DNA of 63,253 nucleotides, the filler included, from Globobulimina sp. (lineage: Eukaryota): NCBI GenBank assembly GCA_003354225.1. It is 38 parts of 38 records of this genome, joined end to end, with 100 filler letters (N's around TTAATTAATTAA, not from the genome) between each part and the next. Parts side by side here need not be neighbours in the genome. Positions count along the whole stretch, not along the records: positions 1 to 1,569 come from PIVH01014711.1; positions 1,670 to 3,238 come from PIVH01014712.1; positions 3,339 to 4,906 come from PIVH01014713.1; positions 5,007 to 6,574 come from PIVH01014714.1; positions 6,675 to 8,242 come from PIVH01014715.1; positions 8,343 to 9,910 come from PIVH01014716.1; positions 10,011 to 11,578 come from PIVH01014717.1; positions 11,679 to 13,246 come from PIVH01014718.1; 30 more parts are not named here. One strand, given 5' to 3'. The notes beneath the pieces are model-generated. The model saw only the letters and a list, made by a program, of their open reading frames with translations, did not search any database and had not been told where the DNA came from. A program made the position numbers and the translations under genes. Below, piece by piece: positions 1-11,679 of this stretch (positions are counted from its first letter, which is position 1; every line of letters begins with the position of its first letter).

Positions 1-1567
1 TTGGCTGCCAAACCACATAATCATACAAATTAAATTGTTTATTATTAATCTGATTATATGCTAATTGTTGATCTTTCTCGTGTTTTATTCTACGTCTTGT
101 GGCTTTATCGATAATTAATTTGTGGGTATTCTTCGCCCAACGCTTGAATCGTTTGTAATCGATGGAGCCATTTAATCTGAAATCGCTCGCATTCAATTTA
201 CTAAAATCCTTCAATCTCAGGTTCATCTCCAAACAATTTGTGTAGAAAGGAAAGAAAAACCGTAATTCATTCGGAGCGTAGCCAGTATGCGGACGTTTGA
301 TACTATTTTGACTAAATTGGATCGATGGCAAATAATCTTCGTACTTTGAATATTTCTTACTTCGTTCTAAAACTCTTAATTTATCATATAATGCACCAAT
401 GCCATAATGGTCATAATTATATTTATGAATACTGATAGATTTCGTTAATAATTTCATTTGAGTCTCGGCGGGATTCGTCCAAGGCGAATATTCCATCATT
501 TTCCCTACTTTAATACCAATGATATAGCAAAATACTCGGTTTATAATACCGGTGAAATATTTTCCATTGTCATTGCCTAACTTTCGGATAAATCCTAATT
601 CATAACACCATACAAATAACACTTTCTTGCATATTTCTAATGAGCGAGGTTTTACCTTTGATAATTTTAATAATCCATCCCATAAATCAAACATAACCAA
701 AATCATACCACCGTCATGCATCGGACCATACAAATCCATAAATACGAATTGATTCGGTCCCGTTACGTGATATGGGGACATCGGACCTTTGTCTTTGTTA
801 TATTTATCTTTGTGTTGCTTATCAACTAATTTGCAGAAACATCGCTTGACGTAAATGCATATATCTTCTTGAGAGTGCGGCCAATAATAATATTGTTTCA
901 TGTAATTGACTGTGGCTGTAACTCCGCGATGGTTTACTCCTTCAACGTGGCAATATTGCATCAATGGCACACGCAAATTGGGAGGGACTACGACTCGTTT
1001 TTCATGCAGTAATATTCCATCATCTCTCAAACTTAATTTTCCGGCATGATACGCATCAATATATAGCTTATCATAATATGTCGCCGGCTTCAGTGTATAC
1101 GACCTATCATTCAACTTTCTGATCACATTAATATAGACTCGATACTGCTCAGCCTTTAATATTTCGTATGGCGATCGTTTGGAGGCAGTAAATATGTTAT
1201 TTCTTAATGGTTTCAGGAGGTAATTCTTATTATTTTCCTTGACCATACGCTGAACGTCTTCATTGTTTAATAATTCATCCTTATTATCATAATTATCTAC
1301 ATCCATCGGGATATAGCCTTTATCTATGCGAGCATCCAACTTTTGTTCCTTCTCAATTCGCGAATTCTTAGCCTTGACATTTTCTGCAGTCTCAGCTGCT
1401 TTCTTCATCGCACGAGTCATTATTGGACATATCTCATTTACTGGCATAACTGGGAGGCGCTTGTCCAACATATTCCTGTTTTTATTGATAAATGGAACGG
1501 GGAGCAATGGAGCCTCTGCGTGCTTGGCGGCGAATTTTACGGTGTTCTGATGTACCGAACGGATGAC
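1..1567 (-). mobile_element. Ty3/Gypsy-like LTR retrotransposon pol fragment (linker + integrase), open at both ends
   Basis: Hand translation of the minus strand is stop-free (absent from the ORF track because it has no stop): MTRAMKK linker, RVVVPPNLR..CHVEGVNHRG..YYWP..RCFC zinc finger, FMDLYGP, GNDNGKYF, YSPWTNPAE, HTGYAPNEL. Confidence 0.88.
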
Positions 1568-1569
1568 AT

Positions 1570-1669
1570 NNNNNNNNNNNNNNNNNNNNNNNNNNNNNNN
1601 NNNNNNNNNNNNNTTAATTAATTAANNNNNNNNNNNNNNNNNNNNNNNNNNNNNNNNNNNNNNNNNNNN
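1570..1669. other. Artificial contig spacer (first of 37): N44-TTAATTAATTAA-N44
   Basis: Identical 100-nt block recurs every ~1668 nt; TTAATTAATTAA gives stops in all six frames; flanking contigs shrink from 1569 to 1566 bp. Confidence 0.99.
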
Positions 1670-1775
1670 TAGATATCACACCCTGCAATTGTATCTTCCT
1701 GCAAAACTATCATGAATTTGGATACACGGCAAAAGAATAGATTTTTAGTGAAAACTCAAGTTTGAGCAGTTAATA

Positions 1776-3192
1776 ATGGTGTTTTATTTAATTGGCTTAG
1801 GCTTAGGGTCTCCCGATGATATAACAGTAAAAGGATTAAATGCATTGAAAACATGTTCCTTTGTATTTTTAGAACATTACACTTCAATTTTATGCGATAC
1901 CACAACGGAAGAATTGGAAAATTATTATAACAAACAATTGAATGATAAAAAAATGAAAATAGTATTAGCTGATCGACTTATGGTTGAACAAAATTCCAAT
2001 AAAATACTAAATATTGACGGATGCATCCACAAAAACACCGCATTCTTAGTTGTTGGTGATCCATTTGCCGCGACCACGCACACAGATTTATTATTGCGTG
2101 CTGCCAAAAATCAAAACATTGAATGTGTTGTGATCCATAATGCATCGATCATGAATGCAGTCAGTTGTTGTGGTTTACAATTATATTCCTTTGGTGCCGC
2201 CGTATCCATTCCATTCTGGACAGAAACATGGAAACCACACTCATTTTACGACAAAATAAAAAAGAATAAAGATATTGGTCTGCACACCTTATGTTTGTTA
2301 GACATTAAAGTTAAAGAAATATCAGAAACGAATCTATTAAAAGGCATCAATAAATACGAAAAACCCAGATTTATGACCATACATATTTGCATTAAACAGT
2401 TGTTACAAATTGAAAAAGAGCAACATCAAAATGGTAAACTATTTTCAATCTGTTTTTGATAAATATTCACTCTGTTTTTTACTGCGATGATTGTACATAG
2501 TTTACGATGAAAATACAAAATGTGTGGGATTGGCGAGAATTGGATCGAAAACACAACACATTGTTTATGCAGCAATGAAAGAATTGTTAGTGGTTGATTT
2601 TGGTAAACCGTTGCATTCATTTGTTATTCCAGGGAATACACATTTTGTTGAAGAGGATGTATTAAAAATGTATGCGTTGCATAATGATAATGCATATGAT
2701 GAAAAAAAGGAGGAGCAAAAGAAGGAAAATATTAATAATAATAAAAATGAATGGATAGGCATTGATTTTAATGGAATTTGGCAGTTGGAAAGATCGGAGA
2801 ATTTGGATGATTACTTATTGAGTGAAGGTTGGTCCTCTGTAATGAGAAAAGCTGCATCAAAATCAAGTATTACCCAACAAATTATACAAAATGGCGATAA
2901 TATTAAGTTTAAAATATTTAGTAAGAACGGGAGTTATTCATATAATATGATAATAAATGGTGAATGTGTACGCTACAAAGATTTAAATGGTGATCAATGT
3001 GAATCGATTGCAAAATGGAGTGATAATAGGAAATATATTATGGAAACTATTTCAATAAAATCAAAATCAACTAATGTAGAAAGAGAATATACATCGATAG
3101 GAGGAATAGCGGAAAATAATACAAATGCAATGACCTTGAAATATATTAATCATAGAGGCAGTACTGTTGTACGCCATTTTATTAAACGATAA
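1776..3192 (+). CDS. DPH5: Diphthine methyl ester synthase with C-terminal FABP-like domain; exons 1776-2433 and 2501-3192
   Basis: FYLIGLGLG, DITVKGL, LVVGDPFAATTHTDL, HNASIMNAV, GLHTLCLLDIKVKE; 67-nt GT-AG intron 2434-2500 restores VYDENTKCVGLARIG..DFGKPLHS. Confidence 0.95.
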
Positions 3193-3338
3193 CAGCGATT
3201 ATAAGAAATTATTGTTTCCAATCCAATTAATTGACGCTNNNNNNNNNNNNNNNNNNNNNNNNNNNNNNNNNNNNNNNNNNNNTTAATTAATTAANNNNNN
3301 NNNNNNNNNNNNNNNNNNNNNNNNNNNNNNNNNNNNNN

Positions 3339-3929
3339 CAAGCCACCATTTTATTGGCTCGCAATGTGAAAACCAGAGGGCGATTAATCAAGAAATTCAT
3401 CAAGATCTCCAATCACTTATTAGCTTTGCGCAATTTTCAATCGCTCTGTGCTTTCCATGGCGCACTGTCATCGGTACCAATACATAAATTGAAACATGCG
3501 TGGAACTACGTGCCGGCGAAGCACATCGCGCGATTCGAGGAAATGAGAGTTATATTCAATACACGCAACAATATGGGCAATCTGCGCAAATTGCATCGAG
3601 AGGCTCATGCGCCGTTGGTGCCGTATACCGGCATATTCTTATCGGATTTGGTGAGCATTGAAGAGGGGAATACGAAGCACAAAGACGACGGAACTGTGAA
3701 TTTTGCAAAGTTGATGCGGTTATCCAATGCCATCGATAATATATTATTGTATCAAAGGACGCAGTATGAGATCCAGGACGACATTGCGGTGCAATCGCTG
3801 TTGATGCAAGATTTTAAAATCAATGCCAAATTGGACGCGGAGTATATCTATAAATTTTCGGCTGATGTGGCTCGAAAAGATCAACCTAAAAAACAAAAGA
3901 CGATGTTGTCTATATTTAGCTCAAAATAA
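3339..3929 (+). CDS. RasGEF (CDC25-type) catalytic domain, C-terminal part
   Basis: LRNFQSLCAFHGALSSVPIHKLKHAW, PLVPYTGIFLSDL, VNFAK. Confidence 0.92.
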   Translation, partial: QATILLARNVKTRGRLIKKFIKISNHLLALRNFQSLCAFHGALSSVPIHKLKHAWNYVPAKHIARFEEMRVIFNTRNNMGNLRKLHREAHAPLVPYTGIFLSDLVSIEEGNTKHKDDGTVNFAKLMRLSNAIDNILLYQRTQYEIQDDIAVQSLLMQDFKINAKLDAEYIYKFSADVARKDQPKKQKTMLSIFSSK

Positions 3930-5006
3930 TAGTCACTTTTTGCAATGTTGTAGTGTGTGGTGTGTATTTGTGTGTTTTTATATATATGTTATAATAATAA
4001 TAATTCTACGGTGCGCTGTTTGAAAAATTAGTATACTTTTTTTTTTAGTTTTTTTTTGTTTTTTGTTTTTTGTCATCCAAAAATAGTGTATTTTGTTTTG
4101 CTTATAATATAAATTAAAATTTTTTGGTTTTTCTATAACTTTTGTAAATTTGTCTGTCGTTTTTCTTTTGCAACTAATGTGTTTTTGGTAAATATTGTAT
4201 CATCAAATAGCATAAATGTAGATGTTTTTTGTTTGTGTTTTGATATTTATTGTTGTTTGTTGTCAACAATTTAACTTTAACTATGTTACTGATGATTAAT
4301 CTATTATTTATTTTTTGATTTTCAAAAAAATATAATATTACTTTTTTTTTGTTTAATTAAAGCGTTAAATTATTGTTGGAATTGTTCGATTTAAATAGCT
4401 TATTTTAAACCCATCAGATTCGTGAAAACCCAGATTGGTCAATATTGAATCAGAGAAAATCATCAAAATATCTGCATAAATAGGATATTTTTGAAGGGAT
4501 TTTTCAATTTTCCGATATCCGACACATTTGTTTTAATAATATTTATTTATCTCCTTCCTTTTTATTAACAACCATTTGATTTTTAAGCTCATTCTTTTTT
4601 CATGGTTTGATTTTTTGATTGTTTGATTTTATTTTTCATGCATTATCTTTCAACAATTTTTCTTTCTTATTACTTTTTATATATACATTTTTCTCTTTCC
4701 TTCTCACAGTGTTAGACTTTTTTTGTTTTGGTTTTTCATTTTTTTATCAAAACCATTTAACTTCAATACTTGTACAGTAACCTCACCTTAACAAATACCT
4801 AAATATATCCGAAAGGTACGGCCAAAGTATTAAATAAAAGAAAATGTTACAGACTACCAAATTGATTAAACCATTGCTTATGTTTCGCAACATCCTGCTT
4901 TGAAACNNNNNNNNNNNNNNNNNNNNNNNNNNNNNNNNNNNNNNNNNNNNTTAATTAATTAANNNNNNNNNNNNNNNNNNNNNNNNNNNNNNNNNNNNNN
5001 NNNNNN

Positions 5007-6217
5007 AAGCTTAAAGGATGGGAATGTGACGGAGTTGGATGTACGGAGGAAACCGGAAAACTATCATATGAGGAAATATATCATTGTGATTGCATTGAGG
5101 ATGGTTATGATTTATGTCAAAAATGCGGCACTGCAATTATGATGAATGCAAATCGAAAAAAGAGTTAAGCAAATTTGTGTTGTTTTTGTTTGTTTTTTTT
5201 TTTTGCTAAAATACTGTGATAAATAATAATAATAAGATGAGAATGCCATTGTTGATATGGATGATGGTGGATTATCAGTTTCGAGCGACGAAGATTCCGT
5301 GGATCCGGAACGTATACTTTTTGTTGATAGTGATAATAATAATAATATTAACAACAACTACAACAATAATAATAAGCCACAAAATATATTACAATCCACG
5401 AAATATACTGCATCCAATACGAAATCACAAAATAAAAATAGGTTTGATCTTAATCAGGGTTCGATTAACCATCACCATCACCACCACCATCACCACCACC
5501 ATCACCACCACACTCATCCACAAAATCAGTGATGTTTAACTATGTGATATAAAATATAATTTCATGTTATTGTATCTAAAATTTATACACAGAAACAACA
5601 ATAACGATATGAGCAGATTTGATATGGACAATGAACATAAGAGTTTAATTCAATTTATTTGTGTTGTTTTTATATATTAAATACTGTGATAATAATAACA
5701 ATACAATAATAAGATGGCAATGATGGCGGCAATGAGTTGGCGGCTCTTTATCAGGAACCGATGGAATGTTTGGCAGAGATTGGTATGGCTGAGGAGAATG
5801 TAAACAGTGTCGAGGCGGAAAGTGAGGAATTATTGCCATTGCAACCACGCCATCCTCCTTCGTTTGAGTATGTTTCTATATATTTTGCAGTGGCAACCAT
5901 TTATATTATAATAATAAATACGTAGAGAGCCGGAAGAACCGACAAATAATAATGTGATTGATGTTGAATGCGAGGAAAAGGATAAAAAAAATATTGATAA
6001 AAAAAAAAGAAAGCGAAAACGATGTGATTTGTATGAAAAAGGTAGTGATTCATTGGAAGAACCACCGAACAAAAGAAGGAGAGTTGATATCGATTATAAG
6101 GACTTGGGTAAAATATATTATTGTGATTGCAAAGATTGTGGCTATGATTTATGTGATCAATGTGCCACTGCAATTATGATGAATAAAAATAAATTTTCTT
6201 TTTCCGACAATTTATGA
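5007..6217 (+). CDS. Multi-exon low-complexity protein with two ZZ-like Cys motifs and a poly-His tract (5' partial)
   Basis: WECDGVGC..YHCDCIEDGYDLCQKCGTAIMMN at 5007-5160 and YYCDCKDCGYDLCDQCATAIMMN near 6115-6185; AT-rich GT-AG introns between; exon structure only approximate. Confidence 0.6.
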
Positions 6218-6674
6218 ATTAGTATATATTGTAATTATTAATAATGTAATGTTTGAATTATTTGTTGTTTTTTGATTGTTGACAATTTTCTTTTCTTTCT
6301 TTCTTTCTTTCTTAATTTTATTGTAAAATTATTTGTTTTTTTATTTTTTTCTGGGGGGTAAAAAAAGAAACACTTCATTTCCGAATGCAAGCAAAATAAT
6401 TAATTGTATTCAGAAAGAATATTCAATTTGATGCCAATGAACAAAAACAGGATGAAAGTCAAACAGTATAAAAATGATTGGTGTCAACAGTTGTAATAAT
6501 CTCATCCTTCCCAATCATATCATCAATGGCACGGTTAATATCTGCCACACTTTGCGATGGAATTAGTCTCAAAANNNNNNNNNNNNNNNNNNNNNNNNNN
6601 NNNNNNNNNNNNNNNNNNTTAATTAATTAANNNNNNNNNNNNNNNNNNNNNNNNNNNNNNNNNNNNNNNNNNNN

Positions 6675-7378
6675 TCCTCTTCAATAAAAATCAGTGGGCT
6701 GGCAAAAACATCCTTGCGATCCAATGAGTTGCTAAGCAGTGATTGCCTCAGGTAAGCCCTGATGCCACTAGGCACCTGTTCAAATAACGATAACTCATTA
6801 GATGTGCCTAATGAAATATAGTCCCCTGGCAGTAAAAACTCGCTAGCAACTTTTGGCACTATGGAAGGTGATGTAGAAGAAACAATGCTGGGCGTTAATG
6901 TTCCTGCATCCAGCCAAGAATAAAAATCGCTTTCATTTTTTACTAATTGTTCAATTTCTTTAAAAAGCTTTGGGTCCTGGCTGTCTAGATTTGTTTCATG
7001 CGCCAATAATCGTTGCAAAGAGTCAGCACTCTTCAAACTGGAATTTTTTGGTAAATGCTGAACGAGCAAACCAAGTATCGCATTGGAATGTAATGCAAAC
7101 TTGCGCAGCAACTCAATGGTATCTTGTGCCGCTCCAGGCTCTTTGACGATGCGGTCAATCTCACTAATAGGAAGGTCGATCATCGCAATATCCGGCTTAA
7201 TACTTGCCTTACCAGCCAAGATACCGGAGAGGTGTAAGAGTTGCTGATCGAGCCACACAGACATGAACTGAGGACGCAGTGAAGGCAGCAGCAATACCAC
7301 AGCAAGCACTACAACTACAGCTCTCAAACTCATAAGTCGGGACAGCAGGAACTTCAATACAAGCATCACTCTCAACAA
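6675..7378 (-). CDS. Bacterial-type membrane sensor N-terminus, possibly CHASE2-like (3' partial)
   Basis: Higher GC than neighbours, no introns, N-terminal hydrophobic helix then WLDQQL..PDIAMIDLP..EID, resembling CHASE2 starts. Confidence 0.45.
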
Positions 7379-7437
7379 AAGGTGGTCTTAAGGGCTTCTC
7401 TATTAATACTATAGACACATTCTATTTGCTGTGAGAT

Positions 7438-8242
7438 TCAGGGTAGACAGAAGGAGTATCGACTGCACCACAAAACAGCCGAAAAGAGTTGGAGGAGGTT
7501 AATATCAATGACTTGCAGACTTATTATGGTGCCAATTAATAACAATATTGTCCATAAAACAATATCTGTGAATCGCATTAAATATGGTGAGAGCTTAAAC
7601 CTTTCCTTTGAAAACAGCATGGATGACGCCACACTTTTATGTATTGTATACATATCACATTTAGATTTATATTTTTTAGAGTATACCATTATAATAATGT
7701 ATTTCCACACAATTTCACAAATTACAATGACAATGCCACCAAACATTGGCCCAAAAGTAACGGTGGTCGTCGCAAATCGTAATATACGCACAAAAGATTC
7801 AAATATTGCTCGTACTCGAAATAATAATGGAATACAATAATTTAACTGACTCTGCGGTGCGCTTGAAACTAAATCGCGTATTTGAGACCAGGCCGCATTA
7901 CAAAAACATATAAATGATATTATTGTGGATACAAATAATACATTCATATTAATATTCATATTCATACTCATATTTGTCATATTATTCATATTTTGAGACA
8001 TAACAAATATTTGTACAAATATATTTATTGATGATTGAAAGCATGATTTAATGAATGAATATCTTACCATATCATCAAGCATATTATTTAATAAATTGTA
8101 TTTACGTTTTTGTGTTAAAACTGAATTATCAAAATTGAAAACCATCATATTTGGATCTTCTTTTTGTTGCTCCATTCCAAACTTAGATAGTCCGTGCATA
8201 TGCCCCTTATAATTATAATTGCTGTCTATTTTTGCTAATTGT
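7438..8242 (-). CDS. Eukaryotic multi-pass membrane protein, XK-related-like (partial)
   Basis: KSCFQSSINIFVQIF, LFVSTIISF, IFESFVRIL; several hydrophobic segments; Asn/Met low-complexity loop. Confidence 0.5.
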
Positions 8243-8345
8243 NNNNNNNNNNNNNNNNNNNNNNNNNNNNNNNNNNNNNNNNNNNNTTAATTAATTAANN
8301 NNNNNNNNNNNNNNNNNNNNNNNNNNNNNNNNNNNNNNNNNNATA

Positions 8346-9910
8346 ATGGCTGAAGAAGAAAAATACGTTCGTCCAAACCAAATTGAGTTAACGACTGGAC
8401 AATATAAACGAACTCCAATTCACAGCAGACGATCGAAAGAAAAACAATCGAATCCTATATATGCGAAACCCATTCACTGTAAATTGGAGACTGATAATAA
8501 AATAATTGTCAGCAATAACGAGGATATTAATAATGAAGCAAGCAACAAACTGAGCATTAATATATATTGGCGCTACCGATCAGAGCTATTAATGAATAAT
8601 CGTTTGACCACATACAATATCGTTTTAATACCAATGTATTTGATATTTGTCATATTTACAATTTACAGTGGAATATTAATAAATGATGTATTGAACACAA
8701 ATAAAATGTCATATTTGGACAATCCAAACACTGCAATTTTTAGAAACAGTTAAATAATAAAAATATCCATCCCATATCCATCCATTTTTTGCATACATAT
8801 ATAGATATAACACAATCCGAAGTGGACGAAATAGAAAAATGCGGTGTTGAATTTGGAGATATTTATGGTTGGTTCGATGGCCGTTCTTTCCAATTCAATG
8901 AAGCAGATGAAGCCGAACAATGGTTTGATTATTCAATGTACGCAAATCATATTTATTCATCTTTCATTTCCAAATCGATAAAGTTGGGATTGTCTCGACA
9001 TAATAATGAGCATTTTTACATTTACGGAGATAAATTTGATAAAATAAATATGCCATCATTTTTAAGTTTAGATACAAATAATTATACAATAATTACCATC
9101 GCCAGATATAATGGCTATGCTAGAAATACAATATTTACATCCAATGATAGTGAATGGGTATTTGGTTTCCAATATAATCAAAGTAACATCATATATCATA
9201 ATGGTGCGCCATTAACAGATGCATCCACTGGTAATATGGCGGACAAATTGGACTCAGATTGGGTAATTAACGTTGATTCCAGACTACTATTTAGATCACA
9301 GAAACAAACATTTTATAACAACACAATTAACAATAATAACTCCTCAAAATATAATCACATGAACTGGGGGATAAATATCCTAAATAGTTCAGATTGGGCA
9401 GTGTCCACTGTTTTGCTCTTCAAACGGCAGTTGTTTTTATCAGAGATTGATTGCATTGAAAATGTTTTGATAAACAAAAACAAACTATCAACGAAAAACA
9501 ACCACAGCATTGAAGACGCACCGAACTTTCAACGGAAAATTCTGGAATGCGAGAGATGGAAACCAATGAAATATCGGTTCACCGATGACGGGCCATCAGC
9601 AACGATTATACGATGGTATGATGTAAGTAATGGTTTTACTAATAACATATTATATGATTTTGGCTATTATCAGAGTCTGATGGCATATCAGACAAATATT
9701 ATGGTTGATGAAAATATCAAAATTGGGATACACGGCAATTATCGTTATTTGTATGGGACAGTTAATGATATGATTAATATTTCAACCGTTAACCTTGAAG
9801 AGGTAGCATACCGTGGTGGTGAACGTTCAAATATTTTTGCTATATATTATGTTGCCCGGTACAATGGAAACCGCAGAGGTAGTATTTTAACAGATATTTC
9901 ATCTGATTTT
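8346..9910 (+). CDS. Type II membrane protein with tandem ConA/LamG-like domains; intron 8749-8804 (3' partial)
   Basis: One TM helix in exon 1; repeated unit W(F/Y)DxS..YxYG..D.IN..ARYNG..R..I twice; 56-nt phase-1 intron joins the two ORFs. Confidence 0.6.
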
Positions 9911-10261
9911 NNNNNNNNNNNNNNNNNNNNNNNNNNNNNNNNNNNNNNNNNNNNTTAATTAATTAANNNNNNNNNNNNNNNNNNNNNNNNNNNNNNNNNN
10001 NNNNNNNNNNAGAAAATAATTTAGAAATAATAAAATTTAATGGATTACGTCTTGATTTTTCATCACAAAAATATCTTCAATTTCATTTTGGATTTAATAA
10101 TAATTATTTTCATAAAAATACAAACCATACGGACTATCAACTATTGTTTGTTTAAATGACTTTAAAGCCGATATTGTGCTTATAACTATTTGTTATTTCT
10201 GTTACCTGAAACTTAGTGTTTTTTATAATCCGTCAAAATGTTTTTTTTAGTAAACAGTTAG

Positions 10262-11470
10262 ATGCAAGAAATTTTAACTTTAAATGTCGGAACGACTGGC
10301 TGTTTCTTAGGGAATGCATTTTATAAAGGTTTAGCTCAAGATATTGGCCTTACGGACGATGGGAGTTATAAATCGCGTATGCATTGGGATTCATATGATC
10401 ACATAATGCGAGATTCAGCAGATGTGTATTTCAATGCATATGAAGTAACAAACCCAACCAATATAAAAAACACTAAATGGTCACCAAGATCCATATTCAT
10501 CAACACAAACACATCCTTGTTAAATGCCATAAAATCATCGAATCTCTCATCATTATACAACAATTTTGAGCAACAATTTATAACACAAGACTTAGCCTCA
10601 AGCACTGCACAAAACACATTCGCCAACGCATATCATCATCAATTCAAGCAACTAAACGCAAACAATGCAATCACTGATAATATTCGTAAATATGTCGAGC
10701 AATGTGACAGATTGCAAGGTTTCCAGTTTCAAAATAATATCGGTGGTGGTTCCGGCAGTGGTATTACATCCAAAATATTGCAACATTTTGAAGCTGGATA
10801 TCCCAAGAAAATGGCCACATTGTTCTCAGTATTTCCCTCCACAAAATTGCAGGATTCAGCAATGGCAATGTCTCCATTCAATGCATATAACACTGTTTTA
10901 GGTATCAATCAATTATTGAATTATGACTGTCAAGTTATCCCATTCGACAACGACGCTGTTTACAGGATCTTAACCAAATGCTGCAAATATGACAATCTTT
11001 ACTATGTTGATCAGAATCAGAACAAATGTATATATTACAACCACTTCAATGATATCATAACTTATGGAATATTACAGTCGACGGTTCCGTTCAGATTCCC
11101 CTGCAAATTGAATGAAACAATGCGTAGAATGTCGATTAACTTAACACCTTTTCCAAGGCTTAAATTTTATATGTTATTTGTAGCTCCATTCTGGAATATG
11201 AGCAATTTCAACGGCGCTCAATTTAAAAATTGTATATATGCAGAAAAATATAGTTATAAATTGTTCCAAGCTTTCATGAATGCAATTGTACGTTCAGTGC
11301 ATTCACGCCATGTTCCTGTGGAAGTAATTAATATTTGTCAAGCATTTTACGCGAGTTATGACGATATTGAATGGAATGAAAAAGGATTGAATTATATGGG
11401 AGCTGCGAGGGTGACCGTTAAACTGACTGCATGTTACCTGATAGATCAGATATGGTGTTCAAACGGATGA
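10262..11470 (+). CDS. Highly divergent beta-like tubulin, C-terminus missing
   Basis: MQEI, WSPRSIF, EQCDRLQGFQ, GGGSGSG, FSVFPS, DNDAVY, RFPCKLN..NLTPFPRLKFY..AP. Confidence 0.88.
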   Translation: MQEILTLNVGTTGCFLGNAFYKGLAQDIGLTDDGSYKSRMHWDSYDHIMRDSADVYFNAYEVTNPTNIKNTKWSPRSIFINTNTSLLNAIKSSNLSSLYNNFEQQFITQDLASSTAQNTFANAYHHQFKQLNANNAITDNIRKYVEQCDRLQGFQFQNNIGGGSGSGITSKILQHFEAGYPKKMATLFSVFPSTKLQDSAMAMSPFNAYNTVLGINQLLNYDCQVIPFDNDAVYRILTKCCKYDNLYYVDQNQNKCIYYNHFNDIITYGILQSTVPFRFPCKLNETMRRMSINLTPFPRLKFYMLFVAPFWNMSNFNGAQFKNCIYAEKYSYKLFQAFMNAIVRSVHSRHVPVEVINICQAFYASYDDIEWNEKGLNYMGAARVTVKLTACYLIDQIWCSNG

Positions 11471-11679
11471 AATTTTGAATAGAAAAAGAAAGAATTTTGT
11501 GGTGATAACCACTACAAATAAAACAGGGAAAAGAAAATAAAAAATGGAAAAAATTGAAAAAGAGAACGGGAATTAAGTNNNNNNNNNNNNNNNNNNNNNN
11601 NNNNNNNNNNNNNNNNNNNNNNTTAATTAATTAANNNNNNNNNNNNNNNNNNNNNNNNNNNNNNNNNNNNNNNNNNNNC

